From assembly GCF_000621645.1 (NCBI RefSeq), contig NZ_JHXR01000003.1, forward strand, positions 150,001 through 182,000: a stretch of DNA of 32,000 nucleotides. Direction: 5' to 3'. Origin of the DNA: Vibrio cholerae ATCC 14035 (GTDB taxonomy: Bacteria; Pseudomonadota; Gammaproteobacteria; Enterobacterales; Vibrionaceae). A program made the translations under genes and the position numbers. Of the stretch, positions 1-9,508 are shown piece after piece (position 1 is the first letter of the stretch; the number at the start of each line of letters is the position of its first letter). The notes beneath the pieces were generated by a model. That model made no database searches. It saw only the letters and a program-made list of their open reading frames with translations, and was not told where the DNA came from.

Positions 1-1160
1 GTCAAGTGTTATGGAACCTACTCAGTAACGCGATGAAGTTCACCAAAGAGGGCGGTGTGGTGATGACGGTCAGCGCAGAATGCGATGCGCAGCATGCAGA
101 GATCACGATTGAAGTTGAAGATACCGGGATTGGCATTCCGGAAGCGGAACAAGAAAAAATCTTTGCCATGTATTATCAGGTCAAGTCAGGCAAAGATAAC
201 TTACATGCGGTGGGGACTGGCATCGGCTTAGCCGTATCACGTCAGTTGATTAAGTTGATGGGTGGCGATATCAGCGTCAACAGTGAAGAGGGTTTTGGCA
301 GCACCTTTACCGTAACGATCCGAGTCCCCTTGTTAGCCGAAGCGCCGATTGAGATTGAGCCACAGGAGCCGCAAACTCAGCTGAATATTTTCATGGTCGA
401 AGACATTGAGCTCAATATTACGGTTGCTCGTTCATTACTTGAAAGTATGGGGCATAAGGTGACGGTCGCCATGACGGGCGAAGAAGCGATCCAAGGCTTT
501 AACCCAACAGAGTACGATCTGGTGTTCCTCGATATTCAGCTACCGGATATGACAGGCTTCGATATCGCTCACTATTACCGCACCCATTACTCCTCATTAC
601 CGCCATTAGTGGCATTAACTGCCAATGTATTGAAAGATAAAGAAGAGTATCGTCAAAAAGGGATGGATGCTGCGATAAGCAAGCCTTTATCGGTAGCGGC
701 GGTGCGAGAAGTGATTGCGAAGATGACGCAACATCATGCCGGTGAGAGCGTCGCTAAAGTGAAATCAAATAAAGAAAAAGAAGTACCAGACGATCTCTAT
801 CAGCAGTTACTGGATCTTGAGATGTTGCAATCCTATGTTGAGATTGTCGGTAGCCAACCCGTGATTGATAGCGTGCACTTATTCGAACAATCCATGCCAG
901 CCTATCTTGCTGTATTGGACTCGAATATGGTGGCCAAAGATCAAGAAGGTATTGTCAGTGAAGCCCATAAAATCAAAGGTGCGGCAGGCTCTGTCGGGTT
1001 AAAACGCATTCAAAAGATTGCTCAGAAAGCGCAATCGCCGGAAGCTCCTGCATGGTGGGAGAACATCAGTGACTGGGTGGAAGAGATCAAAAACGAATAT
1101 CAGTCTGACATTGCTGTATTGAAGCGCTGGCTGACTCAGCAAGCAAACGCAAAGCAGTGA
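1..1160 (+). CDS. arcB: Aerobic respiration control sensor ArcB, C-terminal part (hybrid histidine kinase with HATPase, receiver and HPt domains); the 5' end lies outside the window
   Basis: The ORF is open to the window edge. The translation has the HATPase N-box LLSNAMKFT and G-boxes DTGIGI and GTGIGLAVS. These are followed by a receiver domain (DLVFLDIQLPDMTG ... SKPL) and a C-terminal HPt motif HKIKGAAGSVGL. It is collinear with E. coli ArcB as I remember it. Confidence 0.93.
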   Translation, partial: QVLWNLLSNAMKFTKEGGVVMTVSAECDAQHAEITIEVEDTGIGIPEAEQEKIFAMYYQVKSGKDNLHAVGTGIGLAVSRQLIKLMGGDISVNSEEGFGSTFTVTIRVPLLAEAPIEIEPQEPQTQLNIFMVEDIELNITVARSLLESMGHKVTVAMTGEEAIQGFNPTEYDLVFLDIQLPDMTGFDIAHYYRTHYSSLPPLVALTANVLKDKEEYRQKGMDAAISKPLSVAAVREVIAKMTQHHAGESVAKVKSNKEKEVPDDLYQQLLDLEMLQSYVEIVGSQPVIDSVHLFEQSMPAYLAVLDSNMVAKDQEGIVSEAHKIKGAAGSVGLKRIQKIAQKAQSPEAPAWWENISDWVEEIKNEYQSDIAVLKRWLTQQANAKQ

Positions 1161-1161
1161 T

Positions 1162-1197
1162 AAAAAAAGACCCTAGCCATTGGCTAGGGTCTTCTCT
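1162..1197. terminator. Bidirectional rho-independent terminator shared by convergent arcB and arcA
   Basis: An A7 run is followed by the inverted repeat AGACCCTAGCCA / TGGCTAGGGTCT (1168-1192) and a T-rich tail. It sits between the two convergent stop codons. Confidence 0.6.
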
Positions 1198-1218
1198 AAT
1201 TAGATATAAAAGAAGAGG

Positions 1219-1935
1219 TTAATCTTCTAAATCACCACAGAAGCGGTAGCCTTCACCGTGAATGGTGGCAATGATTTCTGGCGTACCTGACACAGATTCA
1301 AAGTGCTTACGGATACGACGAATAGTTACATCAACAGTACGATCGTGTGGTTTGAGTTCACGGCCTGTCATCTTTTTCAGGAGATCGGCACGAGTTTGAA
1401 TTTTGCCCGGATTTTCACAGAAGTGCAGCAGAGCACGGAACTCAGAACGTGGCAGCTTGTAGCTATCACCATCAGGGCTCACCAGTGAACGACTGTTGAT
1501 GTCCAGTTCCCAACCATTAAACACGTATTTTTCGACGCTACGTTTTTCTTCTTGTGTGGTGCCCGCATGCATTGAGCGGCTCAACAAGTTACGTGCGCGA
1601 ATGGTTAATTCACGTGGGTTGAAAGGCTTGGTGATGTAATCATCTGCGCCGATCTCTAGGCCCAGAATCTTATCTACTTCATTGTCGCGACCGGTCAGGA
1701 ACATCAGCGCTACATCCGCTTGTTCACGCAGTTCGCGTGCAAGCAGCAGGCCATTTTTTCCTGGCAGGTTGATGTCCATAATCACCAAGTTAATTGGATA
1801 ATCGGACAGCACTTGGTGCATCTCTTCACCATTGCTGGCCTCAAAAACAGCGTATCCCTCTGCTTCAAAAATACTCTTAAGAGTGTTACGAGTTACTTGC
1901 TCGTCTTCGACGATAAGGATCTGCGGGGTTTGCAT
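1219..1935 (-). CDS. arcA: Two-component response regulator ArcA (OmpR family)
   Basis: The 238-aa product has a receiver domain ([21 protein letters not shown]) and a winged-helix C-terminus ([13 protein letters not shown]...GYRF). It is very close to E. coli ArcA from memory. Confidence 0.97.
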   Translation of the reverse strand: MQTPQILIVEDEQVTRNTLKSIFEAEGYAVFEASNGEEMHQVLSDYPINLVIMDINLPGKNGLLLARELREQADVALMFLTGRDNEVDKILGLEIGADDYITKPFNPRELTIRARNLLSRSMHAGTTQEEKRSVEKYVFNGWELDINSRSLVSPDGDSYKLPRSEFRALLHFCENPGKIQTRADLLKKMTGRELKPHDRTVDVTIRRIRKHFESVSGTPEIIATIHGEGYRFCGDLED

Positions 1936-2183
1936 TAGCGTTACCTAAACTTGTGAAAAAATCGTGCTAGTAGAAGTCATTCTAGGCAAAAAGATTACAT
2001 ACCGGTTAGTGATGTTAACAATAAAGTAAAAAATCTAATTTATGTCACTACTTTTTGTCCGCCATCCTTGGTGTAACTAGTGTTGAGACTCCCATTCTCA
2101 AGAGGTTCTACTAGTCTATGGGGCGGATTCTATAATGTTAACAGCATGCTAACAACGCCCGAATGTTAATTCCAATCACTTTG

Positions 2184-2197
2184 TTGATTTACATCAA
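2184..2197. promoter_or_regulatory. Candidate FNR (CRP/FNR-family) binding site, TTGAT-TTAC-ATCAA
   Basis: It matches the FNR consensus TTGAT-N4-ATCAA at 10/10 positions. It lies in the divergent arcA / DUF3293 intergenic region. Confidence 0.5.
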
Positions 2198-2249
2198 GAG
2201 TTAGAATGTAACAGATATTAAGAACAATCACGAGTTGTAAAATTACCAA

Positions 2250-2633
2250 ATGATCAAGATTGACGCTAGCCTTTGGCTGGCCTACCAAAGCGTGAAATTT
2301 GCCTTTGAAAAGCCAGTAAATTGGCCATTTTACTGCATAATTACCGCATGGAACCCTGAGAGTATTCGCTTGTCAGATGATGAGAATTGCGTAAATAATC
2401 AACGTTTACAGCAATGCTTGATCGATTATGATTGGGTGAAAGTGAGGGTAGGAGACGCTCATTTTCACTGGTTTGAAGAGAGTTTTGCGGTCGTAATGCC
2501 GCTTTCAGAAGCCCGAAAATTGGCGCAGAGATTTGCTCAAAACGCGATCTATTTTGTACAAGACGGCGACCTTTATCTCTGTTCTTGTGTTGATGAGAGC
2601 GAGCTTCATCTCGGGCCAATAGGGAAACAATAG
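2250..2633 (+). CDS. Conserved hypothetical protein, DUF3293-like (ITAWNP motif)
   Basis: This is a 127-aa ORF in an otherwise non-coding gap. The motif pattern IITAWNP...N..L...L...EESF matches what I recall for DUF3293. The family assignment is from memory only. Confidence 0.72.
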   Translation: MIKIDASLWLAYQSVKFAFEKPVNWPFYCIITAWNPESIRLSDDENCVNNQRLQQCLIDYDWVKVRVGDAHFHWFEESFAVVMPLSEARKLAQRFAQNAIYFVQDGDLYLCSCVDESELHLGPIGKQ

Positions 2634-2659
2634 ATCTGAAAAATAAAAATCATGGAGGA

Positions 2660-3148
2660 ATGATGAGAGATATAACCCCAGATCTTTGCGATAAGTACGA
2701 ATCGCAAGTCACCTTACTCAATTTACCGCTGCAAAATTTTGGTCAACGCAGCGCATTTTGGGGCGAAATAGTGACAGTTCGTTGCTATCACGACAACTCT
2801 AAAGTACGTGATGTGCTCAGCCAAAATGGCAAGGGCAAAGTATTGGTTGTGGATGGTCACGGTTCATGCCACAAAGCCTTAATGGGTGATCAGTTGGCGA
2901 TTTTAGCCATCAAAAATGATTGGGAAGGCGTAATTATTTACGGCGCAGTGCGTGATGTGGTCGCAATGTCTGAGATGGATTTAGGCATCAAAGCATTAGG
3001 CACAAGTCCCTTCAAAACCGAAAAGCGCGGCGCAGGGCAGGTGAATGTCACTTTGACGATGCAAAATCAGATCGTTGAACCGGGCGATTATTTGTATGCC
3101 GATTGGAATGGTATTTTGATGTCAGAAACGGCGCTTGATGTAGCTTAA
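2660..3148 (+). CDS. rraA: RraA-family protein (regulator of RNase E activity A / MenG-like), divergent paralog
   Basis: The 162-aa product aligns end to end with E. coli RraA from memory (DLCD.Y, VLVVDG.GS...AL, WEG..IYGAVR, YAD..GI..SE). A GGAGG Shine-Dalgarno sits at 2654-2658. The start could be ATG 2660 or ATG 2663. Confidence 0.88.
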   Translation: MMRDITPDLCDKYESQVTLLNLPLQNFGQRSAFWGEIVTVRCYHDNSKVRDVLSQNGKGKVLVVDGHGSCHKALMGDQLAILAIKNDWEGVIIYGAVRDVVAMSEMDLGIKALGTSPFKTEKRGAGQVNVTLTMQNQIVEPGDYLYADWNGILMSETALDVA

Positions 3149-3603
3149 AAGCGAAAACCGACACCAAACTCGACGGCTTGCTGCCATTCTTGGTAGTCCA
3201 GCGTGGTATGCAAGTCGAGATTTTCGGTTAATTTTAATCGGCTCGACAATTCGGCTGATACCATAGCTTCTTGGTTTTTACTTTCCACCTTGGGTGAGGC
3301 AATTAAGGTGCTTTTGAACGAGAGACGCTCGGTAAATTGATAGCCAATGCCACTCAGCCAACCCTGTGCTCCATTATCCAACCGATTATGAATGCGAGCA
3401 CCGACATACAGGTCGATATCGTTAAACAGGTTGTAAGCGTAACCACCATCAATCGTCCAACTATCAAAGCTTTGGCTGCTGTTATCGCTGGCAATAAATA
3501 ATTTGTGCGGCGAGGCATTGCTCTCTGAGGGCAAGGCAGGAAGCAGCTCTGCTCCGGCAAATGGAGCCATTAAGGTTATCAAACAGAAAAAAGCAGTTTT
3601 CAC
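3145..3603 (-). CDS. Small putative outer-membrane beta-barrel protein with signal peptide
   Basis: A GTG start at 3603 gives [18 protein letters not shown]|E, a signal-peptide-like N-terminus. The body has alternating hydrophobic beta-strand patterns, and the C-terminus ends in an aromatic beta-signal (GVGFRF). The longest ORF starts at TTG 3627, so the start is uncertain. Confidence 0.6.
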   Translation of the reverse strand: MKTAFFCLITLMAPFAGAELLPALPSESNASPHKLFIASDNSSQSFDSWTIDGGYAYNLFNDIDLYVGARIHNRLDNGAQGWLSGIGYQFTERLSFKSTLIASPKVESKNQEAMVSAELSSRLKLTENLDLHTTLDYQEWQQAVEFGVGFRF

Positions 3604-3943
3604 GATAGCCCCGGATGTACCAGCCAAGATTGATAGGTACGCTCAATTTAAGCATAAAAACACATACATTCCACAAAGAGTTTTATAGCATTTTGTTATT
3701 TCTATATAGGCAGATTGTTGGTGGCTTGCTATCTGGTTGTGCCGATTGAAAAACTCATGATGACCCCCTAGATGAATGCGCAGATTAAGTTGTGGCGTTA
3801 TTGACGAGGCTCGTCCTTTTAATCACAGCATCAGCCTATTTTGAGCGTGATACGCTCACTAGTTGCCCACTTATCACCTCAAGTCGTTTGAGTATGCACA
3901 GTCGAAGATTTTTAAAATCCTCAATAAAAAAAGCAGATTTTCG

Positions 3944-3972
3944 TTGACGACTTGAACGCAAATGAGTTAAAC
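3944..3972 (+). promoter_or_regulatory. Candidate thr operon promoter (-35 TTGACG, 17-bp spacer, -10 TTAAAC) with an upstream A-rich UP-like tract
   Basis: TTGACG lies at 3944-3949 and TTAAAC at 3967-3972. The A-rich tract AAAATCCTCAATAAAAAAAGC lies just upstream. The site is about 60 nt upstream of thrL. The -10 hexamer is weak. Confidence 0.3.
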
Positions 3973-4036
3973 GTATTTGCAAGCAAACACACAGATAGAC
4001 AGAAAAACCGTTATGTTGAATCACAGCCTAATCGTA

Positions 4037-4090
4037 ATGACCACCATTATTACCATTACCGACACGTCGCATGTTGGGGCAGGCTGCTGA
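4037..4090 (+). CDS. thrL: thr operon leader peptide (17 aa, MTTIITITDTSHVGAGC)
   Basis: I translated ATG ACC ACC ATT ATT ACC ATT ACC GAC ACG TCG ... TGA by hand. Eight of the first ten codons after the ATG are Thr or Ile. The ORF lies immediately upstream of a terminator hairpin and thrA. It is too short for the supplied ORF track. Confidence 0.85.
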   Translation: MTTIITITDTSHVGAGC

Positions 4091-4110
4091 GCGCAAAATT
4101 TCACAAAAAA

Positions 4111-4143
4111 GGCCTGTATCCCAACCGATACAGGCCTTTTTTT
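4111..4143 (+). terminator. thr attenuator (leader terminator)
   Basis: A perfect 10-bp stem GGCCTGTATC / GATACAGGCC (4111-4120 / 4127-4136) has the loop CCAACC and is followed by T7. It lies 32 nt upstream of the thrA ATG. Confidence 0.85.
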
Positions 4144-4174
4144 ATACCCGCTTTTTATGCATTTGGAGGAAGGG

Positions 4175-6634
4175 ATGCGAGTATTAAAGTTTGGAGGTTC
4201 ATCGCTGGCGGATCCGGAGCGTTTTCTACGCGCTGCCGATATCATCGCGAATAACGCACAGCAGGAAGAGGTGGCCGTTGTCCTCTCTGCTCCGGGAAAA
4301 ACCACCAATAAATTGGTGGCAGTGATTGAAAGTGCTTTACGTCAGGGAGAGGTGGAAGCGCAAATCGTAGAGCTAGAGAGCTCATTCTATGCCTTGCTTG
4401 ATGGCATTAAAGCGCAGCTCCCGAATTTGGATGACAGTGCTTATCAACAGCAAGTGCACTCTTCCATGACTCAGTTACGCCAGTTTGTGCACGGCATTAC
4501 GTTGCTCGGTATGTGTCCAGACAATGTGAATGCACGCATTATCAGTAAAGGTGAACGCGTTTCCATTCAATTGATGAAAGCGGTGATGGAAGCCAAAGGT
4601 CTGCCAGCGAATTTGGTTGATCCCGTTAAATACCTGCTTGCCAAAGGGGATCATCTTGAAGCTATGGTCGATGTGGAAATTTCGACTCAGCGTTTCAGAC
4701 AAGCACCATTGCCACAACAGCACGTCAATATCATGCCGGGCTTTACTGCGGGTAATGCACAGGGTGAGTTGGTCTGTTTAGGGCGTAACGGTTCGGATTA
4801 CTCAGCCGCGGTACTGGCTGCCTGTTTACGTGCGGATTGTTGTGAAATCTGGACGGATGTGGATGGAGTTTATAACTGCGATCCGCGTTTGGTCGATGAT
4901 GCGCGCCTTCTTAAATCCCTTAGCTATCAAGAGGCGATGGAGCTTTCTTACTTCGGAGCATCTGTGTTGCATCCGAAGACCATTGCACCGATTGCTCAAT
5001 TTCAAATCCCTTGTTTGATCAAAAACAGCTTCAATCCACAAGGTGCGGGCACCTTGATTGGCCAAGACACTGGCGAAGATAAACTCGCGATCAAAGGCAT
5101 TACCACTCTGAGCAATCTCACTATGGTCAACGTTTCTGGTCCAGGAATGAAAGGCATGGTGGGGATGGCGAGCCGCGTGTTTGGCGCGATGTCAGCGGCC
5201 GATGTGTCGATCGTGCTTATCACTCAATCTTCTTCGGAATACAGCATCAGTTTCTGTATCGAAGCACAACATAAAGCTTTGGCACAGCAAGCGCTGGCGG
5301 ATGCATTTGAACTGGAACTCAAAGATGGCCTGCTTGAGCCGGTTGAGTTTGTCGATAACGTCGCCATCATCACGCTGGTTGGTGATGGTATGCGCACCTC
5401 TCGCGGTGTCGCGTCGCAATTTTTCTCATCTCTGGCCGAAGTACACGTCAACGTGATTGCAATTGCCCAAGGCTCTTCTGAGCGTGCGATTTCAGCGGTG
5501 ATCCCCGATGATAAGATTTCAGAAGCGATCAAGGCTTGCCACGAAAACCTCTTCAACTCTAAACACTTTTTAGATGTGTTTGTGGTCGGTGTTGGTGGCG
5601 TGGGTGGTGAGTTGGTGGATCAAATTCAGCGTCAACAAGCCAAGCTTGCGGAAAAAGGCATCATGATGCGCGTTTGTGGCCTCGCTAACAGTAAAGGCAT
5701 GCTGCTTGATAGCCAAGGCTTGCCGTTGGAGCAGTGGCGCGATCGTATGGTCAATGCGGATCAAGCGTTCAGTTTAGAGAATCTGGTGGCTTTGGTGCAG
5801 CGTAATCACATCATTAACCCAGTATTGGTGGATTGCACGTCCAGTGATGAGATTGCTAACCAGTATGCGGATTTCCTCGCCGCAGGTTTCCATGTGGTGA
5901 CCCCGAACAAGAAAGCCAATACCGCTAGCATGAGTTATTACCATCAGCTACGTAATGTGGCGCGTCACTCGCGTCGTAAACTGATGTATGAAACTACAGT
6001 TGGCGCGGGTCTGCCCGTTATCGAAAACTTGCAAAACCTAATTGCAGCAGGGGATGAGCTGGAAAAATTCAGCGGTATTCTCTCAGGTTCTCTCTCCTTT
6101 ATCTTTGGTAAATTGGATGAAGGCATGACCTTGAGCCAAGCAACGCAGCTTGCTAAAGAGAAAGGCTTTACAGAGCCAGATCCGCGCGATGACCTCTCTG
6201 GTATGGATGTGGCGCGTAAGTTACTGATTTTGGCGCGTGAAGCGGGTTACGAGTTGGAGCTGAGCGATGTGGATGTTGAACAAGCTCTGCCCGCTGGCTT
6301 TGATGCTTCAGGCAGTGTTGAGGAGTTCATGGCTCGTTTAGCGCAAGCCGATGCCGCGTTTGCTGAGCGAGTAGCGCAAGCCAAAGCCGAAGGTAAAGTG
6401 CTGCGCTATGTGGCGCAAATCGTCGATGGCCAGTGCCAAGTGCGGATTGTCGCGGTTGATGAAAACGATCCTATGTTCAAAGTCAAAGAAGGTGAAAACG
6501 CGCTGGCTTTCTACAGCCGTTACTATCAGCCAATCCCATTGGTATTACGTGGTTACGGCGCGGGTTCTGAAGTGACTGCTGCAGGCGTGTTCTCAGATGT
6601 GATGCGTACACTCGGTTGGAAATTAGGGGTTTAA
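4175..6634 (+). CDS. thrA: Bifunctional aspartokinase I / homoserine dehydrogenase I
   Basis: The 819-aa product starts [10 protein letters not shown] and is collinear with E. coli ThrA throughout ([52 protein letters not shown]). The track ORF begins 6 codons earlier, inside the attenuator tail. Confidence 0.97.
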   Translation: MRVLKFGGSSLADPERFLRAADIIANNAQQEEVAVVLSAPGKTTNKLVAVIESALRQGEVEAQIVELESSFYALLDGIKAQLPNLDDSAYQQQVHSSMTQLRQFVHGITLLGMCPDNVNARIISKGERVSIQLMKAVMEAKGLPANLVDPVKYLLAKGDHLEAMVDVEISTQRFRQAPLPQQHVNIMPGFTAGNAQGELVCLGRNGSDYSAAVLAACLRADCCEIWTDVDGVYNCDPRLVDDARLLKSLSYQEAMELSYFGASVLHPKTIAPIAQFQIPCLIKNSFNPQGAGTLIGQDTGEDKLAIKGITTLSNLTMVNVSGPGMKGMVGMASRVFGAMSAADVSIVLITQSSSEYSISFCIEAQHKALAQQALADAFELELKDGLLEPVEFVDNVAIITLVGDGMRTSRGVASQFFSSLAEVHVNVIAIAQGSSERAISAVIPDDKISEAIKACHENLFNSKHFLDVFVVGVGGVGGELVDQIQRQQAKLAEKGIMMRVCGLANSKGMLLDSQGLPLEQWRDRMVNADQAFSLENLVALVQRNHIINPVLVDCTSSDEIANQYADFLAAGFHVVTPNKKANTASMSYYHQLRNVARHSRRKLMYETTVGAGLPVIENLQNLIAAGDELEKFSGILSGSLSFIFGKLDEGMTLSQATQLAKEKGFTEPDPRDDLSGMDVARKLLILAREAGYELELSDVDVEQALPAGFDASGSVEEFMARLAQADAAFAERVAQAKAEGKVLRYVAQIVDGQCQVRIVAVDENDPMFKVKEGENALAFYSRYYQPIPLVLRGYGAGSEVTAAGVFSDVMRTLGWKLGV

Positions 6635-6654
6635 TAGAAATGAGTTCAGGTGAC

Positions 6655-7611
6655 ATGAGTGTTGTGGTGTACGCACCCGCTTCCATCGGTAATGTCAGTG
6701 TCGGATTTGATGTGTTGGGGGCCGCGGTGTCCCCGATTGATGGCACGTTACTCGGCGATCGAGTGAAAGTGGAAGCTGGCGCAGAGGCTTTCACACTGAA
6801 AACGGCGGGGCGATTTGTCGATAAGCTTCCCGCTAATCCGCAAGAAAACATTGTGTATGACTGCTGGCAAGTATTCGCGCGTGAGCTAGAGAAAAAGTCG
6901 GTGGTACTGAAGCCGCTGACCATGACGCTAGAAAAAAATATGCCGATTGGTTCAGGATTGGGCTCCAGTGCTTGCTCGATTGTCGCGGCTCTGGATGCGT
7001 TGAATCAGTTTCACGCCAGTCCGCTTGATGAAACTGAGCTTCTGGCTCTGATGGGGGAAATGGAAGGCAAGATCTCTGGCAGTATTCACTATGACAACGT
7101 TGCTCCCTGCTATTTAGGTGGCGTGCAGTTGATGCTCGAAGAACTCGGTATCATTAGTCAATCCGTGCCGAGTTTTGATGACTGGTATTGGGTGATGGCC
7201 TATCCGGGGATCAAGGTGTCCACGGCGGAAGCGCGTGCCATTTTGCCTGCGCAATATCGCCGCCAAGATATTGTGGCGCATGGCCGCTATCTGGCAGGAT
7301 TTATTCACGCTTGCCATACTCAGCAGCCTGAATTAGCGGCAAAAATGATCAAAGACGTGATTGCCGAACCCTATCGTGAGAAACTGCTGCCGGGTTTTGC
7401 CAAAGCGCGCAGCTACGCCGCTGCGGCTGGCGCACTGGCAACGGGCATTTCGGGCAGTGGTCCGACTTTGTTTAGCGTGTGCAAAGAACAAGCAGTGGCT
7501 GAACGTGTGGCACGTTGGCTTGAGCAAAACTATGTGCAAAATGAAGAAGGATTCGTCCACATTTGTCGTCTAGACAAGCAAGGTTCGAAAGTAACAGGAA
7601 GTGAGCTATGA
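6655..7611 (+). CDS. thrB: Homoserine kinase
   Basis: The product ([25 protein letters not shown]..., [12 protein letters not shown]) is collinear with E. coli ThrB. I chose ATG 6655 (318 aa). An in-frame ATG at 6640 is an alternative start. Confidence 0.94.
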   Translation: MSVVVYAPASIGNVSVGFDVLGAAVSPIDGTLLGDRVKVEAGAEAFTLKTAGRFVDKLPANPQENIVYDCWQVFARELEKKSVVLKPLTMTLEKNMPIGSGLGSSACSIVAALDALNQFHASPLDETELLALMGEMEGKISGSIHYDNVAPCYLGGVQLMLEELGIISQSVPSFDDWYWVMAYPGIKVSTAEARAILPAQYRRQDIVAHGRYLAGFIHACHTQQPELAAKMIKDVIAEPYREKLLPGFAKARSYAAAAGALATGISGSGPTLFSVCKEQAVAERVARWLEQNYVQNEEGFVHICRLDKQGSKVTGSEL

Positions 7612-8888
7612 AGCTGTACAACATAAAAGAAAATGATGAACAAGTCTCTTTTGGTCAAGCCGTTCGCCAAGGGTTAGGCCGCAATCAAGGCCTATTTTTT
7701 CCGGCACAATTGCCGAAGTTTGACGATATTGATGCGCTATTAGCCGAAGATTTCGTCTCTCGTAGCAGCAAGATTTTATCGGCGTTGATTGGCGATGAAC
7801 TGCCTGCGGATAAAATTCGCGCTATGGTGGATTCCGCCTTTCAATTCGCCGCACCGATTGCCAAAGTGAAAGAGGGCGTTTACGCGCTCGAATTGTTCCA
7901 CGGGCCAACGCTCGCGTTTAAAGATTTTGGTGGTCGCTTTATGGCCCAGTCTCTGGCGGCGGTCTCGAACGGCGGAAAAATCACGATTTTGACGGCGACA
8001 TCCGGTGATACCGGCGCTGCTGTTGCGCACGCATTTTATGGCATGCCAGATATTAATGTTGTGATCCTTTATCCGAAAGGAAAAATCAGTCCGCTGCAAG
8101 AAAAGCTGTTCTGCACATTAGGTAAAAACATTCACACCGTGGCGATCAATGGTGATTTTGATGCTTGCCAAGCGCTAGTGAAACAAGCTTTTGATGACGC
8201 AGAGCTGCGTCAACAGATCGGTTTGAACTCCGCCAACTCGATCAACATCAGCCGTTTGATGGCGCAAATCTGTTACTACTTTGAAGCCGCTGCGCAGATG
8301 AGCAAAGCTGAGCGTGAAAATCTGGTGATTTCAGTGCCTAGTGGCAACTTTGGTAACTTAACCGCAGGGCTGTTAGCCAAAGCACTGGGTTTATCGGTGA
8401 AGCGCTTTATTGCGGCAACCAATGCCAACGATACAGTGCCACGTTACTTGGAAACGGGACGTTGGGAACCCAAACCCACGGTAGCAACAACGTCAAATGC
8501 GATGGATGTCAGCCAACCGAACAACTGGCCGCGTATCGAAGAGCTCTGCCAACGTATGGGATGGGGCTTAGAAACGCTGGGCAAAGGCGCGGTTTCTGAC
8601 GAGGAAAGTGCGCAAGCCGTACAAGAACTTTACGATCTAGGCTACTTGTGTGAACCGCATGGTTCGATTGCTTACCGTGTATTGGAAGAGCAGCGCCAGC
8701 TGCAAGAAACGGGGCTGTTCTTATGTACCGCGCATCCCGCCAAATTCAAAGAAGTGGTGGACGATATTTTAGGTACCGACATTGCTCTACCAGCGCCATT
8801 GGCAAAACATGCGGCGATGGAATTGCTCTCACAAGAGCTGAATGCCGATTTCGCAGCGCTGCGTACGTTACTGGTGAATGTGAAATAA
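7608..8888 (+). CDS. thrC: Threonine synthase
   Basis: The 426-aa product contains the PLP-lysine context [12 protein letters not shown]. Its ATG overlaps the thrB stop (ATGA), which suggests translational coupling. Confidence 0.97.
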   Translation: MKLYNIKENDEQVSFGQAVRQGLGRNQGLFFPAQLPKFDDIDALLAEDFVSRSSKILSALIGDELPADKIRAMVDSAFQFAAPIAKVKEGVYALELFHGPTLAFKDFGGRFMAQSLAAVSNGGKITILTATSGDTGAAVAHAFYGMPDINVVILYPKGKISPLQEKLFCTLGKNIHTVAINGDFDACQALVKQAFDDAELRQQIGLNSANSINISRLMAQICYYFEAAAQMSKAERENLVISVPSGNFGNLTAGLLAKALGLSVKRFIAATNANDTVPRYLETGRWEPKPTVATTSNAMDVSQPNNWPRIEELCQRMGWGLETLGKGAVSDEESAQAVQELYDLGYLCEPHGSIAYRVLEEQRQLQETGLFLCTAHPAKFKEVVDDILGTDIALPAPLAKHAAMELLSQELNADFAALRTLLVNVK

Positions 8889-8916
8889 TCCGCGGATTTG
8901 AGAAAGCGAAGATAAT

Positions 8917-8945
8917 AAAAAACGGTGCTCATTGAGCACCGTTTT
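8917..8945. terminator. Bidirectional terminator between thrC and grcA
   Basis: The sequence AAAACGGTGCTC att GAGCACCGTTTT has an A-run on the left and a T-run on the right. It lies between convergent stop codons. Confidence 0.75.
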
Positions 8946-8967
8946 AGTATGGATTCTTTACTGACGA

Positions 8968-9345
8968 TTACAGAGATTCAGTGAAAGTACGCGCGATAAC
9001 GTCGCGTTGCTGCTCAGCAGTCAGAGAGTTGAAACGCACGGCGTAGCCAGAAACGCGAATAGTCAGCTGTGGGTATTTTTCTGGATGCGCAACCGCATCT
9101 TCCAGAGTTTCACGCTTCAGTACGTTTACGTTCAAATGTTGGCCACCTTCGATACGTGGTGCCGCTTCGATAGCCACTTCACGGCTTTCGAATTGACCAA
9201 GATCGTTGATGCTAACCACTTGATCAGCTTCAAAGCCTTTCAGCGCAGCAACACAGCGTGCTTCATTCTTTTCGCTATCTAGCAACCAGATAGAGTTCAG
9301 TAGGTCGTCGTTAGCAGCTTTAGTGATTTGGATACCTTGGATCAT
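8968..9345 (-). CDS. grcA: Autonomous glycyl radical cofactor (YfiD/GrcA)
   Basis: The 125-aa product carries the glycyl-radical fingerprint [11 protein letters not shown] near the C-terminus. An AGGAG Shine-Dalgarno lies upstream. Confidence 0.95.
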   Translation of the reverse strand: MIQGIQITKAANDDLLNSIWLLDSEKNEARCVAALKGFEADQVVSINDLGQFESREVAIEAAPRIEGGQHLNVNVLKRETLEDAVAHPEKYPQLTIRVSGYAVRFNSLTAEQQRDVIARTFTESL

Positions 9346-9411
9346 CGCTTTCTCCTAGTCCACATCAAGTGGCGTTATTGGTGTTAATTTTCAGATCTTG
9401 TTGAGCTGGCT

Positions 9412-9417
9412 ATTATA
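9412..9417 (-). promoter_or_regulatory. Candidate grcA -10 hexamer (perfect TATAAT on the minus strand)
   Basis: The minus strand reads CTATATAATAGCC. The predicted TSS is near 9405, giving a leader of about 60 nt to the grcA ATG. Confidence 0.45.
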
Positions 9418-9441
9418 TAGCAAATATCCATACTGCTGATA

Positions 9442-9455
9442 TTGATTTAGGTCAA
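9442..9455. promoter_or_regulatory. Candidate FNR site I upstream of grcA (TTGAT-TTAG-GTCAA)
   Basis: It matches TTGAT-N4-ATCAA at 9/10 positions. Its centre lies about 42-43 bp upstream of the TSS predicted from the TATAAT. Confidence 0.5.
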
Positions 9456-9494
9456 ATTACAACAAAAAACCATTTTTATACTGGGGTTTGGTTT

Positions 9495-9508
9495 TTGATT
9501 TGTGTCAA
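9495..9508. promoter_or_regulatory. Candidate FNR site II upstream of grcA (TTGAT-TTGT-GTCAA)
   Basis: It is a 9/10 match with the same G-for-A deviation as site I. The centres of sites I and II are exactly 53 bp apart. Confidence 0.45.

Noticed and set aside
3952-4254. A 100-aa plus-strand ORF upstream of thrA.
   Set aside because: It runs through the thr leader, the attenuator hairpin and the thrA start in another frame. It is His/Tyr/Arg-rich nonsense and has no Shine-Dalgarno. The region is explained by thrL plus the attenuator.
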